From contig CAZDPJ010000006.1 of NCBI GenBank assembly GCA_964507405.1, positions 1,020 to 65,019 of the forward strand: a stretch of DNA of 64,000 bases, in the 5' to 3' direction. Below are positions 38,079-47,114 of this stretch, one piece after another. The position numbers were made by a program, and so were the translations under genes. The notes beneath the pieces are model-generated. The model ran no database searches. It saw nothing but the letters and a program-made list of their open reading frames with translations, and was not told where the DNA came from. Numbering within the stretch: the stretch's first letter is position 1; every line of letters begins with the position of its first letter. This DNA is from an uncultured Staphylococcaceae bacterium. Lineage in GTDB: Bacteria; Bacillota_I; Bacilli_A; ML615J-28; CAG-313.

Positions 38079-39203
38079 ATGAAATTTATAATGAATCGAG
38101 AACTATTGTTATTAACTTTACAAAATGTTTCTCGTGGATTATCAGATAAAAAACCATTTCCTGTGCTTACAGGAATACAAATTAATGTAGAAAAACACAA
38201 AATTGTCTTTGTTACTACAAATAAAGACATTTCTGTTCAAATAGTTTTAGAAGAAAATAATGATGTAGTGATTGAAGAAACTGGAGCTTGTGTAGTTCCT
38301 GGTAAGTATTTTTTAGAAATAGTTAAGAAATTAGAGGGTAAAGAAGTTGAATTCACATTGTTTGAATCAACAACAATTAAGATTTTATCAGACCGTTCAG
38401 ACTTTACTTTAGTGACTTATGATAATTCTTTATTCCCTGTAATTAACTTTGAATTAGAAGAAGAGCCAATTCATTTAGATGCTCAAATGTTAAAAAATGT
38501 GATTAAACAAACTACTTTTGCGGCTGCAACATCAGAAGCAAGAATCGTTCTAACTAGTGTAAATTTCAAATTTTTTGGTAATAAATTGGAAATTACCGCA
38601 ACCGATTCGTTTAGGTTAGCAAGAAAAAATATTGAATTTGAAGATAATTTCAATTCTCAAATAATCAATATTCCAAGTAAATCATTAGATGAATTCTCTA
38701 AAATAATAGAAGATTCACATGAAGATGTCGAGTTAATAATCAAAAACAAAACTGCGATTTTCAAATATCGCAATGTAACTTTCATGACAAGATTAGTTGA
38801 AGGAACGTATCCAGACACATCAAGTTTGTTCCCTAAAGACCAAATGTTGACAGTTAAATTCAATAGAAATGAGCTACTTTCTGCAGTGGATAGAGCCTCA
38901 TTATTTACAAGTTCAGAGAATTTAAGCATTGTAAAAATGACTCTTACACCTAAAAACTCAGTTGAAATTTCATCAAACTCTACTGAAATAGGTAAAGTTG
39001 TAGAGGAAATCTATCCATTAGAGGTTTCAGAAAACCTTAATTTCCAAATTGCATTTGGAACAAAAAATCTAAGCGATGCACTAAAATCCTTTGAAAGTCA
39101 AAGTATTCTTATAAAGTTCACTGGAGAGATAAAACCAGCCATAATTGTGGGTGAAAAAGAGCAAGATTTGATACAATTGCTTCTCCCGGTTAGAGTGTTC
39201 TAA
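38079..39203 (+). CDS. dnaN: DNA polymerase III beta sliding clamp
   Basis: 374 aa. Position after dnaA. PVLTGIQI..., ATDSFRLA, LLLPVRV. Confidence 0.95.
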   Translation: MKFIMNRELLLLTLQNVSRGLSDKKPFPVLTGIQINVEKHKIVFVTTNKDISVQIVLEENNDVVIEETGACVVPGKYFLEIVKKLEGKEVEFTLFESTTIKILSDRSDFTLVTYDNSLFPVINFELEEEPIHLDAQMLKNVIKQTTFAAATSEARIVLTSVNFKFFGNKLEITATDSFRLARKNIEFEDNFNSQIINIPSKSLDEFSKIIEDSHEDVELIIKNKTAIFKYRNVTFMTRLVEGTYPDTSSLFPKDQMLTVKFNRNELLSAVDRASLFTSSENLSIVKMTLTPKNSVEISSNSTEIGKVVEEIYPLEVSENLNFQIAFGTKNLSDALKSFESQSILIKFTGEIKPAIIVGEKEQDLIQLLLPVRVF

Positions 39204-39250
39204 AATAAAGGTTAAAAACCGCTTATTTAAAGAAAGTAAATAGATAAAAT

Positions 39251-39277
39251 AAAAAAAGCCTAATTTAGGCTTTTTTT
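39251..39277. terminator. bidirectional terminator between dnaN and the convergent parA-like gene
   Basis: aaaaaaagccta-att-taggcttttttt. Confidence 0.75.
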
Positions 39278-39382
39278 ATTTCTTATATTTCGTTAAATAA
39301 ACCATTAAATCCACTGATTTGATAGCTTTATGAATAATTTATCATGTAGTTAGTTAAAAATTCGAAAAACAGGGCTAAATGA

Positions 39383-40168
39383 CTATAAAACCATTGATTT
39401 ATATACTTCTGTAAGCTCTTTTCTTATCTGATCACGGTTCTTTTGATGAAATTTATCTTTCATTTGGTGGTTATCAAAGACTGAAACACCTTCGGCTTGT
39501 AGGTTTTTGATAACTGACTTGTCATTTATAGGTGGGGTAACAATAGCTTCTGGAGTTTGAATTTTAGCTCTTTCTGTTAGTTGTTTTAGGCAAGCTTTAG
39601 GGGCAAGCTTAACAGGGTGGTATCCGATAGGAATTACGTACTTAATTTTGCTCAAATTGATGTCAGAATCAACAAAATATTGAATTGTATTCGAATAACC
39701 CTCCAAACCAAGAGCATCAAGCCCTACTGCAAGAAGAATAGAATCGCTTAAGTCTAATAATATTTCACTTAAACGACTGCTCGAAGGCGGGAAATCGATA
39801 AAAATATAATCAAAATATTTAGTAAAATCTTGAATTAAAGCCCTTAAATGCTTCTCTTCGGTTCTTTTTAACGTTAAATTTAGTGAAAGTCTGTCTGTAT
39901 TTAAGGTTTTCATTAAATACATATTTATTCTTGCCTCAAAAACTACATCTTGAGGCTTTTTTTCTCCAACAAATAAATGTTCGAAGAAATCATCGTCATG
40001 ATCTGTTACATAATGCTCTGCACCGAATATTTTAAAAATACTGTTTTGGTCATCAGCACTAATAACTAAAACTGTTTTACCTAATGTTGCATAATAATGT
40101 GCAAGGTATCCAAGGAATGTTGTTTTACCTACACCACCTTTTTTACAAAAGCAAGAAACAATTGGCAT
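39383..40168 (-). CDS. small ParA/Soj-superfamily partition ATPase (type Ib-like, no N-terminal HTH)
   Basis: 261 aa. MPIVSCFCKKGGVGKTT deviant Walker A with signature Lys. YIFIDFPPS Walker-B-like. SD GGAGG lies inside the end of the upstream gene. Confidence 0.85.
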   Translation of the reverse strand: MPIVSCFCKKGGVGKTTFLGYLAHYYATLGKTVLVISADDQNSIFKIFGAEHYVTDHDDDFFEHLFVGEKKPQDVVFEARINMYLMKTLNTDRLSLNLTLKRTEEKHLRALIQDFTKYFDYIFIDFPPSSSRLSEILLDLSDSILLAVGLDALGLEGYSNTIQYFVDSDINLSKIKYVIPIGYHPVKLAPKACLKQLTERAKIQTPEAIVTPPINDKSVIKNLQAEGVSVFDNHQMKDKFHQKNRDQIRKELTEVYKSMVL

Positions 40169-40542
40169 TAATATTTACCTCCTTCTCTAGATAATTTTTC
40201 TCTACAAGCTTCTTCAATGAATTCTGAGAACATTTTGCCGTTTGTTGCACAGAAAATCTTAATACTTCTACGTAATGAAACATCCATAGTTGCGGTATAC
40301 TTTTCTTTTGGTCCATCCATTTGTGGAATGTATTGAGGTTTTGGTTGTTTCCTTGTAGTTCTTGGCGCTTGTTGCACTGGTTGTTGATAATAATAGCTTT
40401 CTTGTTGTGATTGTTGAATCACTTGAGGTTGAATTTGAGGTGTTGGTTCTTGAACTACCTCTTCAACCACTTTTTCTTCCTCTTCTTCGACTGTAATTTG
40501 TCTATCAAAGGGATTAACTCTCTTTTTTACTTGATCGTTCAT
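40168..40542 (-). CDS. ParA partner candidate: basic N-tip, acidic and Gln/Pro-rich disordered linker, C-terminal ribbon-helix-helix-like domain
   Basis: 124 aa. C-terminal KYTATMDVSLRRSIKIFCATNGKMFSEFIEEACREKL fits a beta-alpha-alpha pattern. RBS AGGAGG. Stop overlaps the parA-like start (TAATG). Confidence 0.6.
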   Translation of the reverse strand: MNDQVKKRVNPFDRQITVEEEEEKVVEEVVQEPTPQIQPQVIQQSQQESYYYQQPVQQAPRTTRKQPKPQYIPQMDGPKEKYTATMDVSLRRSIKIFCATNGKMFSEFIEEACREKLSREGGKY

Positions 40543-40566
40543 ATTAAACCTCCTATTTACACAACT

Positions 40567-40594
40567 ATTATATCATTATAAAAATTAAAGTCAA
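40567..40594 (-). promoter_or_regulatory. putative promoter of the RHH-parA operon (TTGACT-16-TATAAT)
   Basis: -10 reverse complement at 40567-40572, -35 reverse complement at 40589-40594, about 25 nt upstream of the AGGAGG RBS. Confidence 0.6.
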
Positions 40595-41321
40595 CCGATT
40601 TGCAATATTTACTTACATACATACAACCATAAAAACAGATAGCATTCTTTTGCTATTAATAAAAAATATAAAAATATTAAAAAATAAAATTAAAACGGAA
40701 ATTCGTTTCAAAAATCATTTCAAAAATCAAAAATGAGGCTAAAAAAGCCCATAAAAATAAATTTTTGAAAAAAAAGTGAAAAATTACTAATCCCCCGGGG
40801 GGTAAAATCGAAATTTTTGAGTTTTTTGTAGACCACAGAAAACGCAGAAAATTAGAGTATGTATTTATGTAAAACCATCAAACCATTTTTCTGTATCCAG
40901 AGAAAGTACGATTTTTGGTGCGAGTTGTGGAAAAGTGCCACTGGTATTCAAAAAACCAAAGCTGTAAGCTAAAAAAGTTTTAAGATTTAAGAAAAATATG
41001 TAGTAAAATTATAATTTAAAAGAATAATAACAAAACATACTTTTTAGATAAAAATAAAATTGAACAAAATTGTTATAAATCAAAATAAAAATATTAGAAT
41101 TTAAAATAAAAATATAGTATTTATTTTGAAAACAAAATTATTTCTACATAACATTGTTTGAATATTAAAACAATAATTTGTCTATATTGTTTTAATGTAA
41201 AACGAGCCTAATCATAAAAGGTTTTAAAATATATATAAAACAATTAGAATGTAAAAGTTTAATAAAGCAACGTTGTTTGAATTAAAAAGTAAAAGTTTTA
41301 ACAAACAATAAAGATTGATTT

Positions 41322-41512
41322 AAATAGATATGTATGGAAAGATAAAAATAAAACAATATTTACGTATAATAATATAACAATAAGTAAATAAATATGTATC
41401 ACAAATAAATAAAACTGTATAGTAATAATTATTGTAATAATTAAATAAATATATATGTATAAAAATAAATACAATTGTAAGTAAAGCAATACAAAAATAA
41501 ATATTTTTGTAT
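41322..41512. repeat. degenerate iteron-like array: six copies of AAATA(A/G)ATA-N0-5-TGTA
   Basis: Copies start at 41322, 41386, 41403, 41443, 41463 and 41495. The sequence is low-complexity, so significance is uncertain. Confidence 0.4.
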
Positions 41513-41557
41513 GGGTGTAAATATAGAAATAATAGTTTGTTATTCAAAATAATAAAA

Positions 41558-41626
41558 AAATGGTCAAAAACACTAAAAAACCACCTTAAAAAGCCAAGCA
41601 TAAAGTTAAAATTAAATGGTCAAAAA
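41558..41626. repeat. exact 13-bp direct repeat AAATGGTCAAAAA, two copies 56 bp apart
   Basis: Copies at 41558-41570 and 41614-41626. The reverse complement contains TTGACC. Confidence 0.5.
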
Positions 41627-41830
41627 ATCATAATTATATATTATATATATAAATAAGGAATATACTTATTTATGTATAAAAAATGGATTAAAAATTACAA
41701 AAAACTCAAAACGTCCGTTTTTTGTTCGGAAATTTTCGCTTGACAAAAAAACTTTTGGATTATTAAAAAAAGCTTATTTTTTGATAAAAATTAGCTTTAA
41801 AAATCATGACTAAAGTCATAGGCTTTTTAC

Positions 41831-41859
41831 TTGTAAAAAAAGGGCTTTTGTGGTATAAT
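41831..41859 (+). promoter_or_regulatory. putative yaaA-gyrB-gyrA promoter (TTGTAA-17-TGgTATAAT)
   Basis: -35 at 41831-36, extended -10 at 41851-59. Confidence 0.6.
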
Positions 41860-41888
41860 TATAATGTATGAGAATAGAGGTGTTGCAC

Positions 41889-42104
41889 ATGAACAAAGAA
41901 GTGCTTATAAACACCGATTTTATTACCCTAGGACAGTTCTTAAAGTATGCTGGAATTATTCAAAATGGGGGTCAAGCAAAGGCTTTTTTAGCTGAAAATG
42001 AGGTTAAAATCAACGAAATTATTGATCAAAGACGTGGAAAAAAGCTTTTTGAGAATGATAAAATCGAAATTAATGGGCAAAAATATGTTATTTGTAAGGA
42101 ATAA
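41889..42104 (+). CDS. yaaA: S4-domain RNA-binding protein YaaA
   Basis: MNKEVLINTDFITLGQFLKYAGIIQNGGQAKAFL.... ATG at 41889, 8 nt after GAGG. The track ORF starts at 41868. Confidence 0.85.
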   Translation: MNKEVLINTDFITLGQFLKYAGIIQNGGQAKAFLAENEVKINEIIDQRRGKKLFENDKIEINGQKYVICKE

Positions 42105-42151
42105 TGTTGAAAAAGTAATAAAAACATGTAAAAAAGAAGGAGGTTTTATTA

Positions 42152-44077
42152 ATGGCTGAGTTAAATGATAAAACTAATTACGATTCGAGTAGTATACAAG
42201 TCCTTGAAGGCATGGAAGCAGTAAGAAAAAGACCTGGTATGTACATTGGTAGTACTGGACCTAGAGGATTACACCATTTAGTATGGGAAATTGTAGATAA
42301 TTCTGTCGATGAAGCACTAGCAGGCTTTTGTAATGAAATTGATGTCGAAATATTGCCAGATAATATAATTTGTGTTACGGATAATGGGCGTGGTATGCCC
42401 ACAGATATTCATCCAAAAACACATGTTTCAGCAACAGAAACCATCTTTACTGTGCTTCATGCAGGTGGTAAATTTGACAGTAATACATACAAAGTTTCTG
42501 GTGGTTTACACGGTGTAGGTGCATCTGTTGTTAATGCTTTAAGTGAATGGCTTGAGGTCTATGTTAATCGTGGTGGTAAGAAATTTTATCAAAAGTATAG
42601 AAGGGGTGTTCCTGAAACGCCACTTCAAACTATCGGCGAGACAAACATAACTGGGACAACTGTTAGGTTTAAGGCTGATGGAGAAATCTTTAGAGAAACG
42701 GTAGAGTATGATTATGAGACATTAAGACAAAGACTCCAAGAACTAGCTTTCTTAAATAAAGGCATTAAGCTTAATGTTACTGATTCTAGAAATCCAGACA
42801 ATATCAAAAAAGAAGAATATCATTATGATGGTGGTATTTCTGAATATGTTAAATATTTGAATAGAAATAAAAAACCATTGCACAGTGATGTTATTGTTGT
42901 GGATGAAGAAGTTGAAGGAAGCGTAATTGAAATAGCCTTCCAATATACAGAAGACTATAGTTGTGTTATAAGATCCTTTACTAATAATATTATTAACCAA
43001 GAAGGTGGAACTCATGAAGAAGGTTTTAGAACCAGCCTTACTCGTATTCTAAATAACTATGGTAAAACGTCTAATATCTTTAAAAAAGACGAAATATTTA
43101 CAGGTGATGATGTTCGTGAAGGACTAACTGCTATTGTTTCTTGTAAGATTAGTGACCCTCAATTTGAAGGACAAACTAAAACTAAACTTGGAAATACAGA
43201 GGTTAGAAGGATTGTTTCACAAGCTATGTCTGATAAATTAGAAGCCTATTTGTTAGAAAATCCTGCTACTGCAAGACTCATTGTCGAAAAAGGTGTTCTT
43301 GCTTTAAGAGCTCGTATCGCGGCAAAAAAAGCTAGAGAAGCAACGAGAAGAAAGAGCCCTTTAGATATGCTTGACTTTGCTTCAAAACTATCAGATTGCC
43401 GTACAAAAGACCCTGCACTTGCTGAAATGTACATCGTCGAAGGTGACTCTGCCGGTGGATCTGCTAAGCAAGGCAGAGATAGTTATTACCAAGCTATCCT
43501 CCCTCTACGTGGAAAAGTATTGAATGTTGAAAAAGCTTCAGCTCATAAGATTCTTAGCAACAACGAAATTATTTCAATTATTCAAGCAATAGGCACAGGA
43601 ATAGAAAAAGAATTCAAAATTGAGAATGCTAGATATCATAAAATAGTCATTATGACCGATGCCGATGTCGATGGTGCACATATTAGAATATTGTTATTAA
43701 CATTCTTCTATCGCTTTATGAGACCTCTTATTGAAAATGGTTATGTTTATGTTGCACAACCTCCTTTATATAAGATTCAAAAAGCGAAAAAGATCAATTA
43801 TGCATATAGTGATGAAGAAAAAGATGAAATTGTAAATGAAATGAGTAAAATTCCTGGAAGAGTTGATATTCAACGTTATAAAGGTCTAGGAGAAATGAAC
43901 GCAGAACAATTATGGGAAACAACAATGGACCCTAAATATCGTACTTTATTACAAGTTACGATGGAAGATAGTGAAAAAGCAGCAAAAATATTTGCGGATT
44001 TAATGGGTGAAGATGTAGAACCAAGACGTAGATTTATCGAAGAAAATGCTGTCTTTGTTCAAAATTTAGACGTATAG
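42152..44077 (+). CDS. gyrB: DNA gyrase subunit B
   Basis: 641 aa. [42 protein letters not shown]. Confidence 0.98.
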   Translation: MAELNDKTNYDSSSIQVLEGMEAVRKRPGMYIGSTGPRGLHHLVWEIVDNSVDEALAGFCNEIDVEILPDNIICVTDNGRGMPTDIHPKTHVSATETIFTVLHAGGKFDSNTYKVSGGLHGVGASVVNALSEWLEVYVNRGGKKFYQKYRRGVPETPLQTIGETNITGTTVRFKADGEIFRETVEYDYETLRQRLQELAFLNKGIKLNVTDSRNPDNIKKEEYHYDGGISEYVKYLNRNKKPLHSDVIVVDEEVEGSVIEIAFQYTEDYSCVIRSFTNNIINQEGGTHEEGFRTSLTRILNNYGKTSNIFKKDEIFTGDDVREGLTAIVSCKISDPQFEGQTKTKLGNTEVRRIVSQAMSDKLEAYLLENPATARLIVEKGVLALRARIAAKKAREATRRKSPLDMLDFASKLSDCRTKDPALAEMYIVEGDSAGGSAKQGRDSYYQAILPLRGKVLNVEKASAHKILSNNEIISIIQAIGTGIEKEFKIENARYHKIVIMTDADVDGAHIRILLLTFFYRFMRPLIENGYVYVAQPPLYKIQKAKKINYAYSDEEKDEIVNEMSKIPGRVDIQRYKGLGEMNAEQLWETTMDPKYRTLLQVTMEDSEKAAKIFADLMGEDVEPRRRFIEENAVFVQNLDV

Positions 44078-44093
44078 GAGGTGAAATATATCC

Positions 44094-46769
44094 ATGTTTG
44101 ATGAAAAAGATGATGAACTTCTTGAAGAAGATGAAAATACATCTGAAGAACAAGTTGAAAATGAAGAAGAAGATAATTCTGATGATGGTAAAGATGAATT
44201 ATTATTAGAAGAAAAAGTGGATAAAGTTTTACCAATCCAAATTGAAGGAGAAGTACAAAACTCCTTCTTAAGTTATGCGATGAGTGTTATTGTATCCCGT
44301 GCATTACCAGATGTTAGAGATGGATTAAAGCCTGTACAAAGAAGAATTTTATATGCGATGAGCACTTTAGGTATTTATAGTGATAAACAACATAAGAAAA
44401 GTGCTCGTATCGTCGGTGACGTAATAGGTAAATACCACCCACATGGTGATAGTGCTGTTTATGAAGCAATGGTAAGAATGGCTCAAGACTTTAGTTATCG
44501 TTATCCACTTGTTGACGGACACGGAAACTTTGGTTCTGTCGATGGCGATGGTGCAGCCGCAATGCGTTATACCGAAGCAAGAATGTCTAAACTTGCTAGT
44601 GAAATGTTAAGAGATATTAATAAAAATACTGTTGATTTCCAAGATAACTATGACGGTACCGAACAAGAACCAGCCGTACTTCCTGCAAGATATCCTAATT
44701 TACTTGTTAATGGTGCAAGTGGTATTGCTGTTGGTATGGCAACAAACATTCCTACTCATAATTTAACTGAAGTTATAGCTGGTACTTTAGCGTTAATTGA
44801 AAATCCTAATATGTCAATTGAACAATTGATGGAATATATTCCTGCCCCAGATTTCCCTACTGGTGGCATAATTATGGGATTAAATAACGTTAAAAAAGCA
44901 TATTTAACAGGTATGGGTGTTGTTACTGTTAGAGCTAAAGTTAAAGTATCAACAATGGCTAATGGTAAAAAAGAAATAATTATTACTGAAATCCCATATC
45001 AAGTTAATAAATCTAAATTAATAAAACGTATAGCAGATGTTCATAAAGAAAAAATAATAGAAGGTATTACTGATTTACGTGATGAATCTTCTAGAAAAGG
45101 TATGAGAATTGTTATTGAATTACGTAAAGATGCAAATGTCAACGTTATTTTAAATAATTTATATCGTCATACGGCAATGCAAACTTCATATAGTGTTAAT
45201 ATGATTGCTCTAGATAAAGGTCAACCTCGTGTAATGAATCTAAAACAAATTCTTGAATGTTATATTGAACATCAAGTTGAAGTTATTACAAGAAGAACAG
45301 AATATGATCTAGAAAAAGCAAAAAACAGATTACATATTGTTCAAGGTTTGTTGATTGCTCTTGCTAATATTGATGAAGTTGTTGATGTAATTAAGAAATC
45401 TGCTACACCTGAACTTGCTATTTCTCAATTAATATCTAAATTCTTATTAACAGATATTCAAGCAAAAGCTATTCTAGATATGAAACTTCAACGTTTAACT
45501 GGTCTAGAAATAGAAAAATTAACTTCAGAAGCAAGAGATTTAGAACAACTTGTTGATTATTTAGAAGGAATTCTAAGTAGTCATGAAAAGAAAATGTCAA
45601 TTATAGTTTCTGAATTAAGTGAAATTCAAGCTAAATATGGCGACGAAAGACGTAGTGAAATTGATTTAAGTGAAGATTTAGAAGTCGAAGATGAAGCATT
45701 AATTCCTGAAGAAGATGTAATTATAACAATAACTAATAAAGGTTATATAAAACGTTTAAATGTAGCTACTTACAAAACACAAAAACGTGGTGGTAAAGGA
45801 ATTACAGGAACAAAAATGCAAGAAGATGACTTTGTAGAGAAAATGATTTATACTTCTTCTCATGATACATTATTGTTCTTTAGTAATTTTGGTAAAGTTT
45901 ATGCCTTAAAAGCATATCAAATACCAGTATCAAGTAGAACCGCAAAAGGACTTCCAATTGTTAATTTATTGAAGTTTGATGCTGAAGAAACATTAGCAGC
46001 TGTAATTAATGTAAAATCATTAGATGAAGAAGGTTATGTTGTGTTCGCTACTAAGAAAGGTAATATTAAGAAAACTGCCTTGGTTCAATATAAAAATATT
46101 AGAAGTACTGGTATAAGAGCAATTATTCTTAGCGAAGGTGACGAATTAGTTGAAGTTGTTAGAACAAATGGTACCCAAGATATTATCTTTGGTGCATCAA
46201 ATGGTAAAGCATCAAGATTTAATGAAGCTGCTGTTAGACCAACAAACCGTGCCGCAAGCGGTGTAAAAGCATTGAAATTTGATGAAAATGATAAAACTGT
46301 AGGACTTGCTGTTGTTAATTCTGATGATGACGAAATAATAGTTATTACATCAAAAGGATATGGAAAAAGAACAAGTGCTAAAGAATTCTTAGTTAAAGGT
46401 AGAAATGGTAAAGGAGTTAAATATATGAACATCACAGAAAAGAGTGGTGAACCTGTATGTCTTGCTCCATCTACTGTTAATGATGATTTAATTGTTGTAA
46501 CTGATGGTGGTATGGTTATTAGAACTCATATGGATGATATTTCAATTATTGGTCGTGATACACAAGGTGTTAAAATAATAAGACTAAATGATGGTCAAAA
46601 TGTTGCATCTATTGCAGTTGTACCACGCGGCGATGATGAAGAAGAAATGACTCCTGAAGAAATTGCTAATGCTGAAAATCAAGAAAGATTATTACAATTA
46701 GAAAAAGAACTTTTAACTGATGAAGAAGAAGAAACTACTTCTGAAGACGAAAATGAAGAGTTAAAATAA
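44094..46769 (+). CDS. gyrA: DNA gyrase subunit A with an acidic N-terminal extension and an acidic C-terminal tail
   Basis: 891 aa. [44 protein letters not shown]. About 40 extra Asp/Glu-rich residues at the N-terminus. Confidence 0.98.
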   Translation: MFDEKDDELLEEDENTSEEQVENEEEDNSDDGKDELLLEEKVDKVLPIQIEGEVQNSFLSYAMSVIVSRALPDVRDGLKPVQRRILYAMSTLGIYSDKQHKKSARIVGDVIGKYHPHGDSAVYEAMVRMAQDFSYRYPLVDGHGNFGSVDGDGAAAMRYTEARMSKLASEMLRDINKNTVDFQDNYDGTEQEPAVLPARYPNLLVNGASGIAVGMATNIPTHNLTEVIAGTLALIENPNMSIEQLMEYIPAPDFPTGGIIMGLNNVKKAYLTGMGVVTVRAKVKVSTMANGKKEIIITEIPYQVNKSKLIKRIADVHKEKIIEGITDLRDESSRKGMRIVIELRKDANVNVILNNLYRHTAMQTSYSVNMIALDKGQPRVMNLKQILECYIEHQVEVITRRTEYDLEKAKNRLHIVQGLLIALANIDEVVDVIKKSATPELAISQLISKFLLTDIQAKAILDMKLQRLTGLEIEKLTSEARDLEQLVDYLEGILSSHEKKMSIIVSELSEIQAKYGDERRSEIDLSEDLEVEDEALIPEEDVIITITNKGYIKRLNVATYKTQKRGGKGITGTKMQEDDFVEKMIYTSSHDTLLFFSNFGKVYALKAYQIPVSSRTAKGLPIVNLLKFDAEETLAAVINVKSLDEEGYVVFATKKGNIKKTALVQYKNIRSTGIRAIILSEGDELVEVVRTNGTQDIIFGASNGKASRFNEAAVRPTNRAASGVKALKFDENDKTVGLAVVNSDDDEIIVITSKGYGKRTSAKEFLVKGRNGKGVKYMNITEKSGEPVCLAPSTVNDDLIVVTDGGMVIRTHMDDISIIGRDTQGVKIIRLNDGQNVASIAVVPRGDDEEEMTPEEIANAENQERLLQLEKELLTDEEEETTSEDENEELK

Positions 46770-46770
46770 A

Positions 46771-46797
46771 AAGAGCCTTTTTTGGCTCTTTCTTTTT
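46771..46797 (+). terminator. gyrA terminator
   Basis: aagagcc-tttttt-ggctctt followed by tcttttt. Confidence 0.75.
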
Positions 46798-46839
46798 CAA
46801 AAAAGTTGACTTTTTAAAATATCTGTAATATAATAAATT

Positions 46840-47076
46840 AAACCAATGATTTGGATTAGTAACATAATAATATATTTTCAGAGATTTAGTGGATGGTGTG
46901 AACTAAAAATATGATTATGTGAATCTGCCAATGAGGTAGTATCGAAAGAATACTCGGAATGCAACCGTTATAATGCAAAAAGAAGTGTGAGTATAACTCA
47001 AATAAGGGTGGTACCGCGGAATCTAGAGATTTCGTCCCTTTTGTAAAGCCAAATTCTTTACAGAAGGGCTTTTATT
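46840..47076 (+). promoter_or_regulatory. T-box leader of serS
   Basis: AGAGA box at about 46880. Candidate specifier GAA-UCU-G at 46921-46927 (UCU = Ser). T-box GGTGGTACCGCGG at 47007-47019. Terminator stem 47036-47048/47056-47068 plus U-run. Confidence 0.88.
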
Positions 47077-47114
47077 ATATTTTATATTTAAAATTCATTT
47101 TGGAGGAAAAGAAA

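Noticed and set aside
38009-38230. A 73-aa minus-strand ORF overlapping the DnaA boxes and the dnaN start.
   Set aside because: It is antisense to a confidently identified gene and to origin elements. It has no RBS and a hydrophobic, low-complexity sequence.
41093-41282. Paired 8-10-mers: ATTAGAAT at 41093 and 41243, and TTGTTTGAAT at 41154 and 41273.
   Set aside because: My rough estimate is that several exact 10-mer repeats are expected by chance in 1.3 kb of DNA this AT-rich. Spacing also differs between the two sets.
41298-41601. Two overlapping minus-strand ORFs (63 and 93 aa) in the AT desert.
   Set aside because: They have no RBS. They are Phe/Tyr/Ile/Leu/Asn-rich translations expected from T-rich non-coding DNA, and they overlap each other in different frames.
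40543-41867. I considered a CRISPR array, an IS/transposon, or a recF pseudogene.
   Set aside because: There are no regularly spaced repeats of 24 bp or longer. There are no terminal inverted repeats and no transposase. Six-frame reading of the GC-richer part shows no RecF-like (GxNGxGKT) or other recognisable peptide.
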